The position numbers and the translations under genes were made by a program. Positions 35,498-46,242 of a stretch of DNA of 64,000 nucleotides are shown piece by piece (the first letter of the stretch is position 1; each line of letters starts with the position of its first letter). The notes beneath the pieces are model-generated. The model was not told the origin of the DNA. It saw only the letters and a program-made list of their open reading frames with translations, and searched no databases. This DNA is from an uncultured Chloroflexia bacterium (GTDB lineage Bacteria > Chloroflexota > Limnocylindria > QHBO01): contig CAWBBG010000002.1 of the NCBI GenBank assembly GCA_963787025.1, positions 14,444 to 78,443 of the forward strand. Direction: 5' to 3'.

Positions 35498-38400
35498 CCT
35501 CCGGCTGGTCCGCCGGCATGGCGGCGAGCTCCACGAACCGGCACAGGGCATTGGCCAGCCGCATCTGGAAGGGTGTGTGGGCGCTCACGCGCAGCAGGTC
35601 GGGCGACCCTACCACCACCGCGAGGCAGCGTCCCCGGGAAGTGGCGACGTTGAGGCGGTTGAGGGAATAGAGGAACTCCATGCTGCGCGGAAGCTCGTCC
35701 TGCGAGGAGGTGGCGAGCGAGTAGATGACCGCGGCCGCCTGCTGCCCCTGGATCTTGTCGACGGTACCCACCCGCGGCGTGCCGCCCCGCTCAGCGGCGA
35801 TGGGGCGCAGGGTCTCCTGGAGGAGCTCCACCTGGGCGTTGTAGGGGGCCACCACCAGGATGGCCGCCGGGTCGAGGGGACGGCGCTCGCCCCGCTGATC
35901 CGTCCACACGCCGCGGATGAGATCGCGGTACAGCCCTGCGACCACCTCCGCCTCCTCCTCGCTCGACGTGCGGTTCCCCGCGTGGGAGACGGGGAACCAG
36001 CGGACGCCGGTGCCGCTCAGGACCCCCGGAGCGTCGAGAGCCTGGCGTCGCGTCTCCGGCGCCGGGCGCAGCTGCCCCTCGTAGAAGATCTCGCTGGTGA
36101 ATTGGTTGACGTCCGGATGCAGTCGATGCGTCTCCGGCAGGAAGAGGCCGCGGGAAGGATCCACGACCGATCGTCCGTCCAGGACGAACTCGAGGGCAGA
36201 GACATCCACGCCCTCGGGGTGCGCGCCCTTCTTGACCTGGGACAGCTGCTGTGGATCACCGAGCAGGACGATGTTGCTCGCGGCCCCGGAGACGGCGACG
36301 ACGTTGGCCAGCGCGAGCTGGCCCGCCTCGTCCACGAACAGCGTGTCGAGTTGGCCCTCCAGCTCAGGCCGGGCCCACAGCCAGGTGGTCCCCGCGGCAA
36401 CCTGCGCCGCGCCGCTGGCAAGGTCGTCGGCGACGTCCTGGTTGGACCGCGCGGCGGCGTATCCCCAGGCGGGGTCCGGCTGCTCGCCGTTCTCGAGCTT
36501 GCGGACGGCGCGCACCGGGGTTCCCGAACTGCGGGCATGCACCAGCACCTCGTCGAGCAGGTTGGTCAGGGCCCGGTGCGTGAACGCGGTGATGCCCACG
36601 CGCTTCCCGGCACGAACCAGATCCAGAATCATCTCTGCACCGACATAGGTCTTTCCGGCGCCGGGCGGCCCCTGGACGGGAAGGACCGTCTGGTCGAGCG
36701 AGCGGATGAGCCGGCGGGCCGCGACGTCGATGGGCTCGTCGCTGGTCAGCGCGCCACCCGCCGGTTGTCCGGTCCGGGGTGCCAGGCGCAGCAGGAAGTC
36801 CCGCGCCGCGCGGTACGGGCCCGGACCCGACAGATGATTCGCGGCGACCCATGCACCGATCCGCTCGAGAGCACCCTTCTGCGCGTCCGCGATGATGGGC
36901 CCGTGGGGGATGAGTGATGTCGGATGCGGACGCTCCGTCCGCCGGCTCCACTGCAGGTCCAGCGTCCCGTGCAGCGGATCGAGGTCCACGATCCTGCCCG
37001 CCGGCGCCGCGGTCGCCGGGTTGACCGGTTCGTCGTTGAGCTTGAGGCGATACGGCTGCTCCGGATCGAACCGGTAGCGGTGCCGCACCGACTGCTTGGG
37101 CCGATCCACCTCGCCGACCCAGGTGATCTGACCGATGGACTCCTCGTCCTCCGTGAGCTCCCCGTCGGAACGGCTGCAGCGGTCGAAGAACGTCCACCAT
37201 TCGACCTTCTCCTCGCGGCGGTGCCATTCCAGCAGGTTGGCGAGAAGCCAGGTCGCTTCCTTGGCGGGGTCGGCGCGGCGGCGCTCCGCGACGAGCGGGA
37301 CGGATTCCAGCAGGCGCTCGGCGAGGTCACGGATCCTCACGTCGCGGGGCGATGGCGGCTTCTCCGGCTCCTCTGGCGGCCCGAGCCGAGGGACCGGCCG
37401 GCCCGATGCGTCCTCCGCCTCCACGCGACGCGCCTCCAGCCAGTCACGCAGCTCCTGGTTGGAGCGGCAGTCGTCCCGGTTGTACTCCGCGATCTCCAGC
37501 AGGATCGTGTGGTCCGGGCTCCCTGCCACGACCGATCGAATGTAGTCCTCGTAGCGCACGATGCTGGACGCGGCGTCCTTGAGGGGAACGTCGCGGGCAA
37601 GCGCGTAGAGCGGCTCGAGCTTCTTGATGGAATAGCCGGCCGTTCCGACTCGCACGCCCTGGCGAACCACCTTGAAGAGGTCCACGAACAGCCCGCCGCG
37701 GAGCATGGCGTCGACCTCTGCCTCGCGCGTGGCATGCCGGGTCGAGAGCATGCCCATCCGCCCGCGCTCGTAGGCGGCGTAGTGATACACGTGCATGCCG
37801 CGGTTCTGCCGCCATCGGTCCATGACGAAGTCCACGAAGGCCTCGAACGCGACCTTTTCCTGATGGCGCGAGTGTGCCCACCAGGCGCGGAAGCCCGGCG
37901 TCCCGTCGGGTTCCGGTTGCATGGGATCCCAGATCCCCAGGAGATACTCGAGACCGTCCTCCTCCGCGTACGGGTCACCCTCGATGTCGAAGAACAGGTC
38001 CGCCGGGTCCGGCCCAGGCAGCGCGGCGAGGCCCAGGCCCGGGTGCAGCGGGAGGAGGTCGTACGGTGGGACGGTCGACCCCCGTGAGCGGTGCTGGAGG
38101 GCTGCCTGGGCGTGCAGGTTGGCGAGCGCCTGGTCCGCGATGCCGTCCACGGATGGCAGCGGGCCCGACAGGGTGGCGAGAGCAGTGAGGGTCCCGATGC
38201 CGGCAGCGCTCAGCCGCCGTGCCTGGTCCGTCCGAAGCCCGGCGACCTGGCTGAGGTGGTCCGCCTCGCGGCGCAGGGCCGAACAGTGCACATCCCAGCG
38301 GCACACGTCGCAGTGGCCGACAGGGTCGGGCACGACGGGCAGGGGATAGCCCGGCGGCGCCTCCATGATCGAGGCGAGGAACCGACTGCGAATGCTTCGG

Positions 38401-38996
38401 AAGTAGGCGAGGTAATCCGCCAGCCGGTGCGCCTCTACCCGGTGTCCGCTGCCGCCCAGCGCCACGTGCATCCGCTCCGGCATCCGTCCCTGGATGCGGG
38501 CCACGAGCTCCGAGTACACGCACATCTGGATGAGCGCCCCGCCCTTCGTGCGTCGCGCGAGCTTGGTGTCGAAGACCTCGTAGGAGTGCTCGCCGAGATT
38601 GCTGGGCCCGTCGACACGGACGAGGAAGTCCACGTAGCCCAGCCAGGTCCCGTCGAACAGGGTCGCCTGGTAGATGACATCCGCGCCCGCGCCCATGAGC
38701 TGCCGGGTTCGGGCGGCATCCGCCTCGATCACCTCGCGTCGGCGGGAAGGGTCCGGCGGATCCGGGGACGTACGGCCGTCAACCACTGAGCGTCCCTGCT
38801 CCTGGAGCCAGGCGAGAAACCGGGTCTCGTGCTCGAGACCGCGATCCCGCAGAACCCGAAGGTCCGGATCGTCGCGAACGGGACGCACGACGAGCCCTCC
38901 CAGGGCGGCGCGCTCGAGCGTGGTCAGATGCTCGCACTCGAGGAAGCCGACCAGGTCCGTCGCCGAATACACGGTGCGACCGTCCAGGTCCTGCAT
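35442..38996 (-). CDS. TM0106-type RecB-like nuclease fused to an RNase-H-fold domain and an SF1 (DNA2/AAA_12-like) helicase
   Basis: 1184-aa intact ORF. PD-(D/E)xK core ([16 protein letters not shown]), Cys cluster ([10 protein letters not shown]), FFDIEGDPY, Walker [10 protein letters not shown], Walker B LFVDEAGQ, and late motifs VDKIQGQQ and ATSRGR. Confidence 0.85.
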   Translation of the reverse strand: MQDLDGRTVYSATDLVGFLECEHLTTLERAALGGLVVRPVRDDPDLRVLRDRGLEHETRFLAWLQEQGRSVVDGRTSPDPPDPSRRREVIEADAARTRQLMGAGADVIYQATLFDGTWLGYVDFLVRVDGPSNLGEHSYEVFDTKLARRTKGGALIQMCVYSELVARIQGRMPERMHVALGGSGHRVEAHRLADYLAYFRSIRSRFLASIMEAPPGYPLPVVPDPVGHCDVCRWDVHCSALRREADHLSQVAGLRTDQARRLSAAGIGTLTALATLSGPLPSVDGIADQALANLHAQAALQHRSRGSTVPPYDLLPLHPGLGLAALPGPDPADLFFDIEGDPYAEEDGLEYLLGIWDPMQPEPDGTPGFRAWWAHSRHQEKVAFEAFVDFVMDRWRQNRGMHVYHYAAYERGRMGMLSTRHATREAEVDAMLRGGLFVDLFKVVRQGVRVGTAGYSIKKLEPLYALARDVPLKDAASSIVRYEDYIRSVVAGSPDHTILLEIAEYNRDDCRSNQELRDWLEARRVEAEDASGRPVPRLGPPEEPEKPPSPRDVRIRDLAERLLESVPLVAERRRADPAKEATWLLANLLEWHRREEKVEWWTFFDRCSRSDGELTEDEESIGQITWVGEVDRPKQSVRHRYRFDPEQPYRLKLNDEPVNPATAAPAGRIVDLDPLHGTLDLQWSRRTERPHPTSLIPHGPIIADAQKGALERIGAWVAANHLSGPGPYRAARDFLLRLAPRTGQPAGGALTSDEPIDVAARRLIRSLDQTVLPVQGPPGAGKTYVGAEMILDLVRAGKRVGITAFTHRALTNLLDEVLVHARSSGTPVRAVRKLENGEQPDPAWGYAAARSNQDVADDLASGAAQVAAGTTWLWARPELEGQLDTLFVDEAGQLALANVVAVSGAASNIVLLGDPQQLSQVKKGAHPEGVDVSALEFVLDGRSVVDPSRGLFLPETHRLHPDVNQFTSEIFYEGQLRPAPETRRQALDAPGVLSGTGVRWFPVSHAGNRTSSEEEAEVVAGLYRDLIRGVWTDQRGERRPLDPAAILVVAPYNAQVELLQETLRPIAAERGGTPRVGTVDKIQGQQAAAVIYSLATSSQDELPRSMEFLYSLNRLNVATSRGRCLAVVVGSPDLLRVSAHTPFQMRLANALCRFVELAAMPADQPEAMPRPLTTPSARGEAPRS

Positions 38997-39077
38997 CTAC
39001 GGTGTTCCCCTCATGGGCGCAAGCCTAGCGTCTGACGCGACAGCTCAGCTGTCCCGTGGATGCATCCGACTTTCAGA

Positions 39078-40307
39078 ATGCGTTCATCGGCGCGGATCAC
39101 TCTCGCAGCCATGAGATGGAAGCTGGTCGGGGCCGGACTCTTCGTGCTGGTGGGAGTCGCGGCCGTCGTCGTGGTGGTGGTCCGTCCGGGCGCAGCCTCG
39201 ACCGGAAACAACCAGTACCTGACCGCGCAGGTGACGCGGGCGACCGTCACGAACGACATTGCTGCGAACGGAACGCTCGCTCCCACGATTCGCTACGGGC
39301 TCTCCTTCGGACAGGCCGCGTCGGTGCTGGGCGCGAGCACCTCGAGCGCCGCGTCGAGCGGCGCCGGAAACGGATCCGGCTCCACGACCTGGCCCGTGAA
39401 GACCGTCGCCGTTGCCCCCGGCGATGCGGTCAAGAAGGGCGACACGCTTGCCACGGCCGACACGAGCGCCCTGAACGCGCAGATCAGCCAGGCGACCTAC
39501 AACCTGGCGTCGGCGCAGATCCAGCTGGCTCAGGCCCAGTCGAACCTGGACTCGGCGGTCGGCGACCAGGCCATCTGGCAGGCGAAGAGCCAGTTCTACA
39601 ACGCCAAGAACTCCCTGGCCACCGCGACACAGAACAAGGCCAACCTGGAGGCAGAGCTGGCACTGGCCACGATCACCGCGCCGGCGGACGGGATCGTCGA
39701 GGCCGTCAACGTGACGGCCGGCGCCGACGCTCCCTCGGGGAACGCCATCATCCTCGACGCAGGCGGGCTCCAGGCGGTCATCAGCGTGACCGAGACGGAC
39801 CTTCCGAACGTCAAGCTGGGCCAGGCGGCAACCGTGGCGGTCAACGCGATCGACACGACCGCGCCCGGTACGGTGACCGCCATCTCGCCCACGTCCGCGG
39901 GCGGAAACAGCTCGGTCGTCACCTATGACGTGACCGTGGGCCTCTCTTCCGTGCCCGCCACGGCCCGCTCCGGCATGAGCGTCAGCGTCTCCATCACCAT
40001 CGCGCAGGCGACCAATGCCGTGGCCATCCCGTCCATCGCGCTCCTGGGACAGACCGGCAACTACACCGTGCGGGTGATGGACGCCTCCGGCACTGTCAGC
40101 GACGTAGCGATCAGCGTGGGCCTGATCACCGGCAACCTGACCGAGGTGAAGTCGGGCGTTTCCGTGGGCCAGCGGGTGGTGGTGGGCGTCTCGAACGCGA
40201 GCACCGGCACGACCACGACGACCGGCGGCGGGTTCGGCGGCCTGGGTGGTGGATTGGGTGGGGGCCTGCGCGGTGTCACCGGTGGCGGCGGGGCGTTCGG
40301 CCGATGA
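39078..40307 (+). CDS. Efflux periplasmic adaptor (HlyD/MacA-like)
   Basis: N-terminal TM segment, a coiled-coil region (..AQIQLAQAQSNLDSA..), and beta-barrel segments. In-frame starts also at 39060 and 39111. Confidence 0.75.
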   Translation: MRSSARITLAAMRWKLVGAGLFVLVGVAAVVVVVVRPGAASTGNNQYLTAQVTRATVTNDIAANGTLAPTIRYGLSFGQAASVLGASTSSAASSGAGNGSGSTTWPVKTVAVAPGDAVKKGDTLATADTSALNAQISQATYNLASAQIQLAQAQSNLDSAVGDQAIWQAKSQFYNAKNSLATATQNKANLEAELALATITAPADGIVEAVNVTAGADAPSGNAIILDAGGLQAVISVTETDLPNVKLGQAATVAVNAIDTTAPGTVTAISPTSAGGNSSVVTYDVTVGLSSVPATARSGMSVSVSITIAQATNAVAIPSIALLGQTGNYTVRVMDASGTVSDVAISVGLITGNLTEVKSGVSVGQRVVVGVSNASTGTTTTTGGGFGGLGGGLGGGLRGVTGGGGAFGR

Positions 40308-41011
40308 CCGCGCCCGGACCGACGGTCCCCCTCATCGCCCTTCGGGCCGTGACCAAGAACTACCACCTGGGCCGGGTCGCGGTTCATGCGCTGCGCGGCG
40401 TGGATCTCACCATCGCGCAGGGCGAGTTCGTGGCGATCGTCGGCCCGTCGGGGAGCGGAAAGTCGACGATGATGCATCTCATCGGCTGCCTTGACCGACC
40501 GACGGGCGGCCAGTACCTCCTGGGGGGCGTTGACGTGGCGACGCTGGACGACGACGGCCTGGCCCGGCTGCGCAGCCTTGCCATCGGGTTCGTCTTCCAG
40601 TCGTACAACCTGCTGCCGCGCACCAGTGCGCTGGAGAACGTCGCTGCGCCCTTGCTCTACCAGGGCGTGCCACGCCGTGAACGGCTGCGCCGCGCGCAGG
40701 CCATCCTGGAACGGCTGGACATGGGGGACCGGCTGCGGCACGACCAGACGGAGCTTTCGGGCGGCCAGCAGCAGCGGGTCGCCATCGCGCGCGCGCTCGT
40801 GACCGAGCCGGCGCTGATCCTCGCTGATGAGCCCACCGGCGACCTTGACTCGGTCGCGGGCGCGGAGGTGCTCGATATCTTCAGTGAGCTGCACCGCTCC
40901 GGGCGCACGGTGGTGCTCATCACGCACGATGCGGACGTGGCGGCCGTGGCACCGCGTCTCGTCCACGTGCGCGACGGCCTGCTCGAAGAGCAGGAGGCGG
41001 CAGCGGCATGA
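40304..41011 (+). CDS. ABC transporter ATP-binding protein (MacB/LolD type)
   Basis: Walker [10 protein letters not shown], signature LSGGQQQR, Walker [13 protein letters not shown] overlap with the adaptor gene. Confidence 0.9.
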   Translation: MTAPGPTVPLIALRAVTKNYHLGRVAVHALRGVDLTIAQGEFVAIVGPSGSGKSTMMHLIGCLDRPTGGQYLLGGVDVATLDDDGLARLRSLAIGFVFQSYNLLPRTSALENVAAPLLYQGVPRRERLRRAQAILERLDMGDRLRHDQTELSGGQQQRVAIARALVTEPALILADEPTGDLDSVAGAEVLDIFSELHRSGRTVVLITHDADVAAVAPRLVHVRDGLLEEQEAAAA

Positions 41012-42220
41012 ATTTCGTGGAGCTGCTCAATCTCGCCATCTCGCGGCTGGCCGCCGCGCGCCTGCGCGCTGCGCTCACCATGCTGGGCGTGGTGATCGGC
41101 GTGGGCGCGGTCATCGCCCTGGTGGGCGTCGGCGACGGGGCGACGCAGGGGATCACATCGCGGCTCGAGGGACTGGGCACCAACCTGCTCACGGTCAACC
41201 CGGGCCGCGTCTTCACGCGCGGGACCTTCGGCGCGGCGGGCTCGGCGACCACGCTCACCACGGAGGACGCGACCGCCATCGGCCAGCTGCAGGGAATCGC
41301 CGCGGTGGCTCCGGAGGTCCGCTCGCAGGGTCTCGTCATCTCCGGCACCCAGAACACGACAACCTCCATCGTGGGCACCACGCCGTCCTACCTGGACGTG
41401 CGCAACTACCAGATCTGGCAGGGTTCGTTCCTGACCGATGCTGCCAACACGGCGGCGATGCGCGTCGCCGTGCTGGGAGCGACGACGGCCAGCAACCTGG
41501 GCCTGGGGGCCAGCGACCTGGGCCGGACCATCACCATCGGCGGGATCCCGTTCGACGTGATCGGCATCCTGCAGCCCAAGGGCAGCGCGGGCATCGGCAA
41601 CCAGGACGACGAGGTCCTGATCCCGATGAGCACCATGGCCTCCCACTTCGCCTCGGGTGACGGCGTGCAGGCCATCTACGTCAGCGTGGCCAGCGCGGAC
41701 CAGATCAACGTGGCGAAGGACACCATCACCGCCACGCTGGAGTCGCGTCATCGCATACCGGCCGGCGGCACCGACGACTTCTCCATCGCGGACCAGGCGC
41801 AGCTGCTGGGCACGGTGAGCTCCATCTCCGGGCTGCTCACCGTCCTGCTCGCCGGGATCGCGTCCATCTCGCTGGTGGTCGGCGGCATCGGGATCATGAA
41901 CATCATGCTGGTCAGCGTCCGTGAGCGGACGCGCGAGATCGGCGTCCGCAAGGCGATCGGCGCCCGCCGTCGCGACATCCTGGCCCAGTTCCTGGTCGAG
42001 GCGCTGACCCTCTCGCTGCTCGGCGGCCTGCTGGGCATCGCGGTGGGGCTCGCCGCCAGCTGGGTGATCGGCATCATCGCCGGGTGGGGCTTCGCGTTCA
42101 GCCCGGTCACCGTCCTGCTTGCCGTGGGCTTCAGCCTTGGCGGTGGGCATTGTCTTCGGGGTCTGGCCGGCGCGCCAGGCAGCACGCCTGGACCCGGTCA
42201 CCGCCCTTCGCTACGAATGA
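41008..42220 (+). pseudogene. FtsX/MacB-type ABC permease, 1-nt insertion near 42140
   Basis: Typical MacB permease layout. The last TM helix and C-terminus ([26 protein letters not shown]) are readable only in the +1 frame. Confidence 0.85.
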
Positions 42221-42236
42221 GGTCTGTGTACGACAG

Positions 42237-42875
42237 ATGAGCACCGAGATCCCCGAGATCCCCGAGAAGGGGCCAAACCAGGCGCCGCCGGCGACCGATC
42301 CGGCACCCGCATCCACCCCGCCGCCGGCCTTCAGTCCGCCGCCGGCGATCAACCCGGCCATCTTCTCGTCCGTCGCGGCGGCCAAGCCACGCGCCCGGGT
42401 CACGCTGACCTCCATCCTCCTGGCCGCCGCGGCCGTGGTGGCGGTGGCCGGCATCGCCTTCGCCGTGGGGCGGGTCACCGCACCCGCGACAACCGCGAAC
42501 TCGACCGGGTTTGGTCGCGCGTTCAACGGCGGCGCCGGGGCCAACGGGGCCAACGGAGGGTTCCCGGGCGCGAACGGGGGTACTCGCGGTGGCCTGTTCG
42601 GAGGTGCATCGGGTGGGATCGAGCTGCGGGGCACGGTCACCGCGGTCAACGGCGACACGCTGACCGTGCAGCTCCAGAACGGGCAGACGGTGAAGGTTCA
42701 GACCAGCGCCTCGACCACCTATCACACCCAGGTCACCGGGTCTGTGTCGGATGTGGCCAGCGGCAAGAGCGTGATCGTGCAGGTCGATGGGGGCGGGCTG
42801 CGCGGCCTGTTCGGGCAGGGCGGCACCGGATCGGCGACGGTCCCGGCCCTTGACGTGACGGTCACCGGGTCCTAG
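42237..42875 (+). CDS. Membrane-anchored Pro/Gly-rich protein with a DUF5666-like beta domain
   Basis: Pro-rich N-terminus, one TM segment, a Gly/Asn-rich linker, then GTVTAVNGDTLTVQLQNGQTVKVQT... Confidence 0.55.
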   Translation: MSTEIPEIPEKGPNQAPPATDPAPASTPPPAFSPPPAINPAIFSSVAAAKPRARVTLTSILLAAAAVVAVAGIAFAVGRVTAPATTANSTGFGRAFNGGAGANGANGGFPGANGGTRGGLFGGASGGIELRGTVTAVNGDTLTVQLQNGQTVKVQTSASTTYHTQVTGSVSDVASGKSVIVQVDGGGLRGLFGQGGTGSATVPALDVTVTGS

Positions 42876-42909
42876 GCGCGCGGGTTCTCCCGAGTGCCAT
42901 AGTTCGGCA

Positions 42910-43608
42910 ATGCACCTGCTCGTCGTCGAGGACGATCCCCGGCTGCGCCGTCTCCTCGTCCGCCTGCTTGGGGTGGACCGCCACGTGGTGGAGGAGGCGC
43001 CGGACGCCGGAACGGCCCTGGACCTCGTGCGCCTGACCGATGGCCTGGACGGCATCATCCTTGACGTGGGGCTCCCGGACCGCTCCGGCCTGGAGGTGGC
43101 GCGCGAGCTGCGGGCCCGCGGCTCGTCGGTTCCCATCCTGATGCTGACCGCGCGCGATGCGATCGAGGACCGGGTGCGTGGCCTGGACGCCGGGGCAGAC
43201 GACTACCTGGTCAAGCCCTTCGCCTACGAGGAGCTGGCCGCGCGCCTGCGGGCGCTCGGCCGCCGCCGGCGCGCGCCGACGCGGCGATCGGCACGGTTGG
43301 TGAACGGACCCATCGTCCTGGACGATGCGATGCGCGAGGTCAGCGTGGACGGACGGCCCGTCTCGCTCTCACCGCGCGAGTTCTCGCTGCTGGAGTGCTT
43401 CCTGCGGCACCCCGGGCAGGCGCTCTCCCGCGACCAGCTGCTCGATGCGGCGTGGCCGTACGGCGTCGCGGTCACCCCCAACACGGTGGATGCCTATGTG
43501 CATCTCCTCCGCGAGAAGCTGGGTCCGGCCGGCGGTGAGCGGATCCGGACGGAGCGCGGGGTCGGGTACCGGCTGCTGGCACCGGACCGCAGCGCGAACG
43601 AGCGCTGA
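42910..43608 (+). CDS. OmpR/PhoB-family response regulator
   Basis: Receiver domain (LLVVEDD..ILDVGLPD..) and winged-helix output (..LSPREFSLLECFLRHPGQALSRDQLL..GYRL). Confidence 0.9.
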   Translation: MHLLVVEDDPRLRRLLVRLLGVDRHVVEEAPDAGTALDLVRLTDGLDGIILDVGLPDRSGLEVARELRARGSSVPILMLTARDAIEDRVRGLDAGADDYLVKPFAYEELAARLRALGRRRRAPTRRSARLVNGPIVLDDAMREVSVDGRPVSLSPREFSLLECFLRHPGQALSRDQLLDAAWPYGVAVTPNTVDAYVHLLREKLGPAGGERIRTERGVGYRLLAPDRSANER

Positions 43609-43609
43609 G

Positions 43610-44929
43610 ATGCGTTTCTTCCGCCGGCCTCCGTTCGAGGATCCCACCACGCCGGGTGACACGCGGCTGTTGAACCGCGTCCGGTGGCGGCTGGTAGCCT
43701 GGAGCGGCGCCATCACCCTGGCCATCCTCCTGCTGCTGGGCGGCGCCATCTACGCAACCACCGCGTCAAACCTGGCGAGCGCGACCGCGTCTGCGCTGGA
43801 GACGCGTGCCGCGGCGCTGCGTGTCGCGGTCCAGCAGCTGAGCCGGCCGGTCCTGCCGGACGCGGAGCTGTATCGCACCATTGGCCTGGCGATCGGCGGT
43901 CCGGCTTCGGGCACCATCGGTTCCATCGTCACCCCCGACAACGTGGCGTTCGTCCCGCGCGACGCGATCGCACAGGACCTGCCTGTCGAGTCCGGCGTCC
44001 GCGCGGCTCGCACCTCCGGCGCCGAGGACATGCGGGTCGAGAACCTCGGCGGCGCGTCGGCGCGTGTGCTGTCCGTGCCGGTGGACCAGCGCGAGGGGCG
44101 CTACGTCGTCCAGGTGGTGGCGTTCCGCACGGCGGAGGAGAGCACGCTGCGCACCCTCGTCCTGGTCCTGCTGATCGGCGGCCTGGGCGCCGTCCTGCTG
44201 GCCACGGCCGGTGGCTGGCTCTACGCACAGCGCGCCCTGGTCCCCATCCGGGAGTCCCTGCGCCGTCAGCGAGAGTTCGCGGCCGATGCCTCACATGAGC
44301 TGCGCACACCCATCACCATCCTGCGCACATCGCTCGAGGATCTCCAGCGCAACCCGGAAACGCCGGTCGGCCAGGTGGGGACGGCGCTGGAGGACATGAG
44401 CGCAGAAGTGAGCCACATGACCGACCTGGTCGCCGGCCTCCTGGTGCTGGCGCGCGCTGACTCGGGCGTGATCGAGGTCCAGCACGATCCGGTCGACCTC
44501 GCGGACGCGGCCGCGGCGGCGCTGGGTGAGCTCACGCCACTGGCGCAGCAGCGCGGCGTGGAGCTCGCCCTGGACGCGGTGCCCACCCAGGTGCTGGGCG
44601 ACTTCGGCCGGCTTCGGCAGCTGGCCGTGATCCTGATCGACAACGCCATCCGGCACGGCGGGGAGCAGGTGCAGGTGGACGTGTCGGTCCTGCGGGATGG
44701 CGCGACCGCGCTCCTGCGCGTGGACGACACCGGTCGCGGGCTGCGCCCGGGGGAAGAGACACACGTGTTCGAGCGATTCTGGCGGGGGACGGATGCCCCG
44801 GCCGGCGGCCTGGGCCTGGGGCTGGCCATCGCCTCGTGGATCGCGGAGCGGCACGGCGGATCGATCAGCGCCTCGCAGCGGCCGGGTGGCGGCGCCCGGT
44901 TCGAGGTGCGGCTGCCGGCGTCGGCCTGA
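43610..44929 (+). CDS. Sensor histidine kinase
   Basis: Two TM segments, H-box ADASHELRTPIT, N-box IDNAIRH, and G-boxes DDTGRG and GLGLAIA. Confidence 0.85.
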   Translation: MRFFRRPPFEDPTTPGDTRLLNRVRWRLVAWSGAITLAILLLLGGAIYATTASNLASATASALETRAAALRVAVQQLSRPVLPDAELYRTIGLAIGGPASGTIGSIVTPDNVAFVPRDAIAQDLPVESGVRAARTSGAEDMRVENLGGASARVLSVPVDQREGRYVVQVVAFRTAEESTLRTLVLVLLIGGLGAVLLATAGGWLYAQRALVPIRESLRRQREFAADASHELRTPITILRTSLEDLQRNPETPVGQVGTALEDMSAEVSHMTDLVAGLLVLARADSGVIEVQHDPVDLADAAAAALGELTPLAQQRGVELALDAVPTQVLGDFGRLRQLAVILIDNAIRHGGEQVQVDVSVLRDGATALLRVDDTGRGLRPGEETHVFERFWRGTDAPAGGLGLGLAIASWIAERHGGSISASQRPGGGARFEVRLPASA

Positions 44930-44941
44930 GTCGCCTCCGGG

Positions 44942-45739
44942 TCACAAGGGAAGGCGCACCACCGTTAGCGCCCAGCTGCAATCGGAGTCCACGTGGAGGA
45001 ACACGTCTCCGGTGAGGGTCGCGTGCTGGGCAAAGAAGGCGGGCTGGGTGGTGCCGGGCGCGGGCGCCAGCGTGTCAACGGTGGTGGTGAGGAAGACGAC
45101 GGGCGTGCCACCGGCCGGTGTCAGCGATCCGGTGAAGGTGCAGGACGACCCGTCCTGCGCGCCGATCGGGACGGCAATCGCCCAGCGCAGCGCGGTGCTG
45201 CCTTCGATCCGGAACGGGCCGAAGTCGCCGCTGGTGGTCTGCGCGTAGCCGGCCACGAAGATCGGGTCGGCCGGCTGGGGAGTGGGCTGTGCGCCGCTGG
45301 CCGCCAGGAAGGCATCCGGCGCGAAGCCGGCCGCCAGCCAGCCTTCGAGGTAGTCGGGCGCGGCCGGGTCCACGTCGCGCACGAGGTACCAGCCGTAGCC
45401 GTTGGTCCTGACCGGACCCAGCACCACCTGCGCCATCGCCCCGGCAGGCAGGTTGGCCTGCAGCCCCCACTGGGTGCCGGGCAGGTCGCGAAGGCGAAGC
45501 GTGCTCAGCGCCTTGACACGCGTTCCGGCTGCGAACAGCGGCACATCCGCCTGGTCCGGCGTGGGCGAGGGGGTAGGCGACGGACTGGCGGTGGGTGATG
45601 GAGTAGCAGTGGCCGATGCAGATGGCGCGGCGCTGATCACCGCAGGCGCGCTGCTCGCCGGAGCCGATGGCGCCACGACGCAGGCCGACGCGCCGGTACC
45701 CACGATCGTCAGGAATGCGAGGAGCCGCAGCCGCCTCAC
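44942..45739 (-). CDS. Lipoprotein with a Pro/Ser/Thr linker and an SH3-like segment
   Basis: GTG at 45739 overlaps the upstream stop (GTGA). Lipobox TGASAC. The function is unknown. Confidence 0.6.
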   Translation of the reverse strand: MRRLRLLAFLTIVGTGASACVVAPSAPASSAPAVISAAPSASATATPSPTASPSPTPSPTPDQADVPLFAAGTRVKALSTLRLRDLPGTQWGLQANLPAGAMAQVVLGPVRTNGYGWYLVRDVDPAAPDYLEGWLAAGFAPDAFLAASGAQPTPQPADPIFVAGYAQTTSGDFGPFRIEGSTALRWAIAVPIGAQDGSSCTFTGSLTPAGGTPVVFLTTTVDTLAPAPGTTQPAFFAQHATLTGDVFLHVDSDCSWALTVVRLPL

Positions 45740-46104
45740 GGCAGGGGCCGCTCCTCGAGCGGGACGTCCCAGTGCGCCTCGACCAGCTCGAAGCGGCGCT
45801 GCTCCTCGGCGCGGTAGCGATCCTGGTCGGGGAAGAGCCGCCGGGCGACCTCCGGCTCGGCGTGCGCCTGCATGGCGGCCCAGTCGCGGTAGGTGATGGT
45901 GATCAGGAACGTCCAGCCGGCGCCGCCGTCTCCGTGGAAGCGCGGGCCGTATCCGCGGACCTCGAGGAGGCGACCGCTGCCGACCTGCTCGGCCAGGATG
46001 GGGTAGTGGTTGCGCGTGAAGAGCTCCCACCATTCGTCATGGAAGCCCCAGCGGATGCGGTAGAAGTAGGCGACGGTGACGGACTGGCTGCCATTCATGC
46101 TCAT
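45736..46104 (-). CDS. Small dimeric alpha/beta-barrel (ABM/NIPSNAP-like) protein
   Basis: 122 aa from the ATG at 46104. The rest of ORF 45736..47169 is antisense to the hydrolase gene. The fold call is tentative. Confidence 0.55.
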   Translation of the reverse strand: MSMNGSQSVTVAYFYRIRWGFHDEWWELFTRNHYPILAEQVGSGRLLEVRGYGPRFHGDGGAGWTFLITITYRDWAAMQAHAEPEVARRLFPDQDRYRAEEQRRFELVEAHWDVPLEERPLP

Positions 46105-46242
46105 GACACTAGCCGATGCCGTTCCATCACGTCGTTGCCGCGCGCGCCAGCGTGGCCGAGACATCGGGCCGGACCGATTACCTTCGGCACTTGGCGAAGC
46201 CGGACCGCCCCCGGACCATCCTCGATCGAGGAGGTGGGGAAC

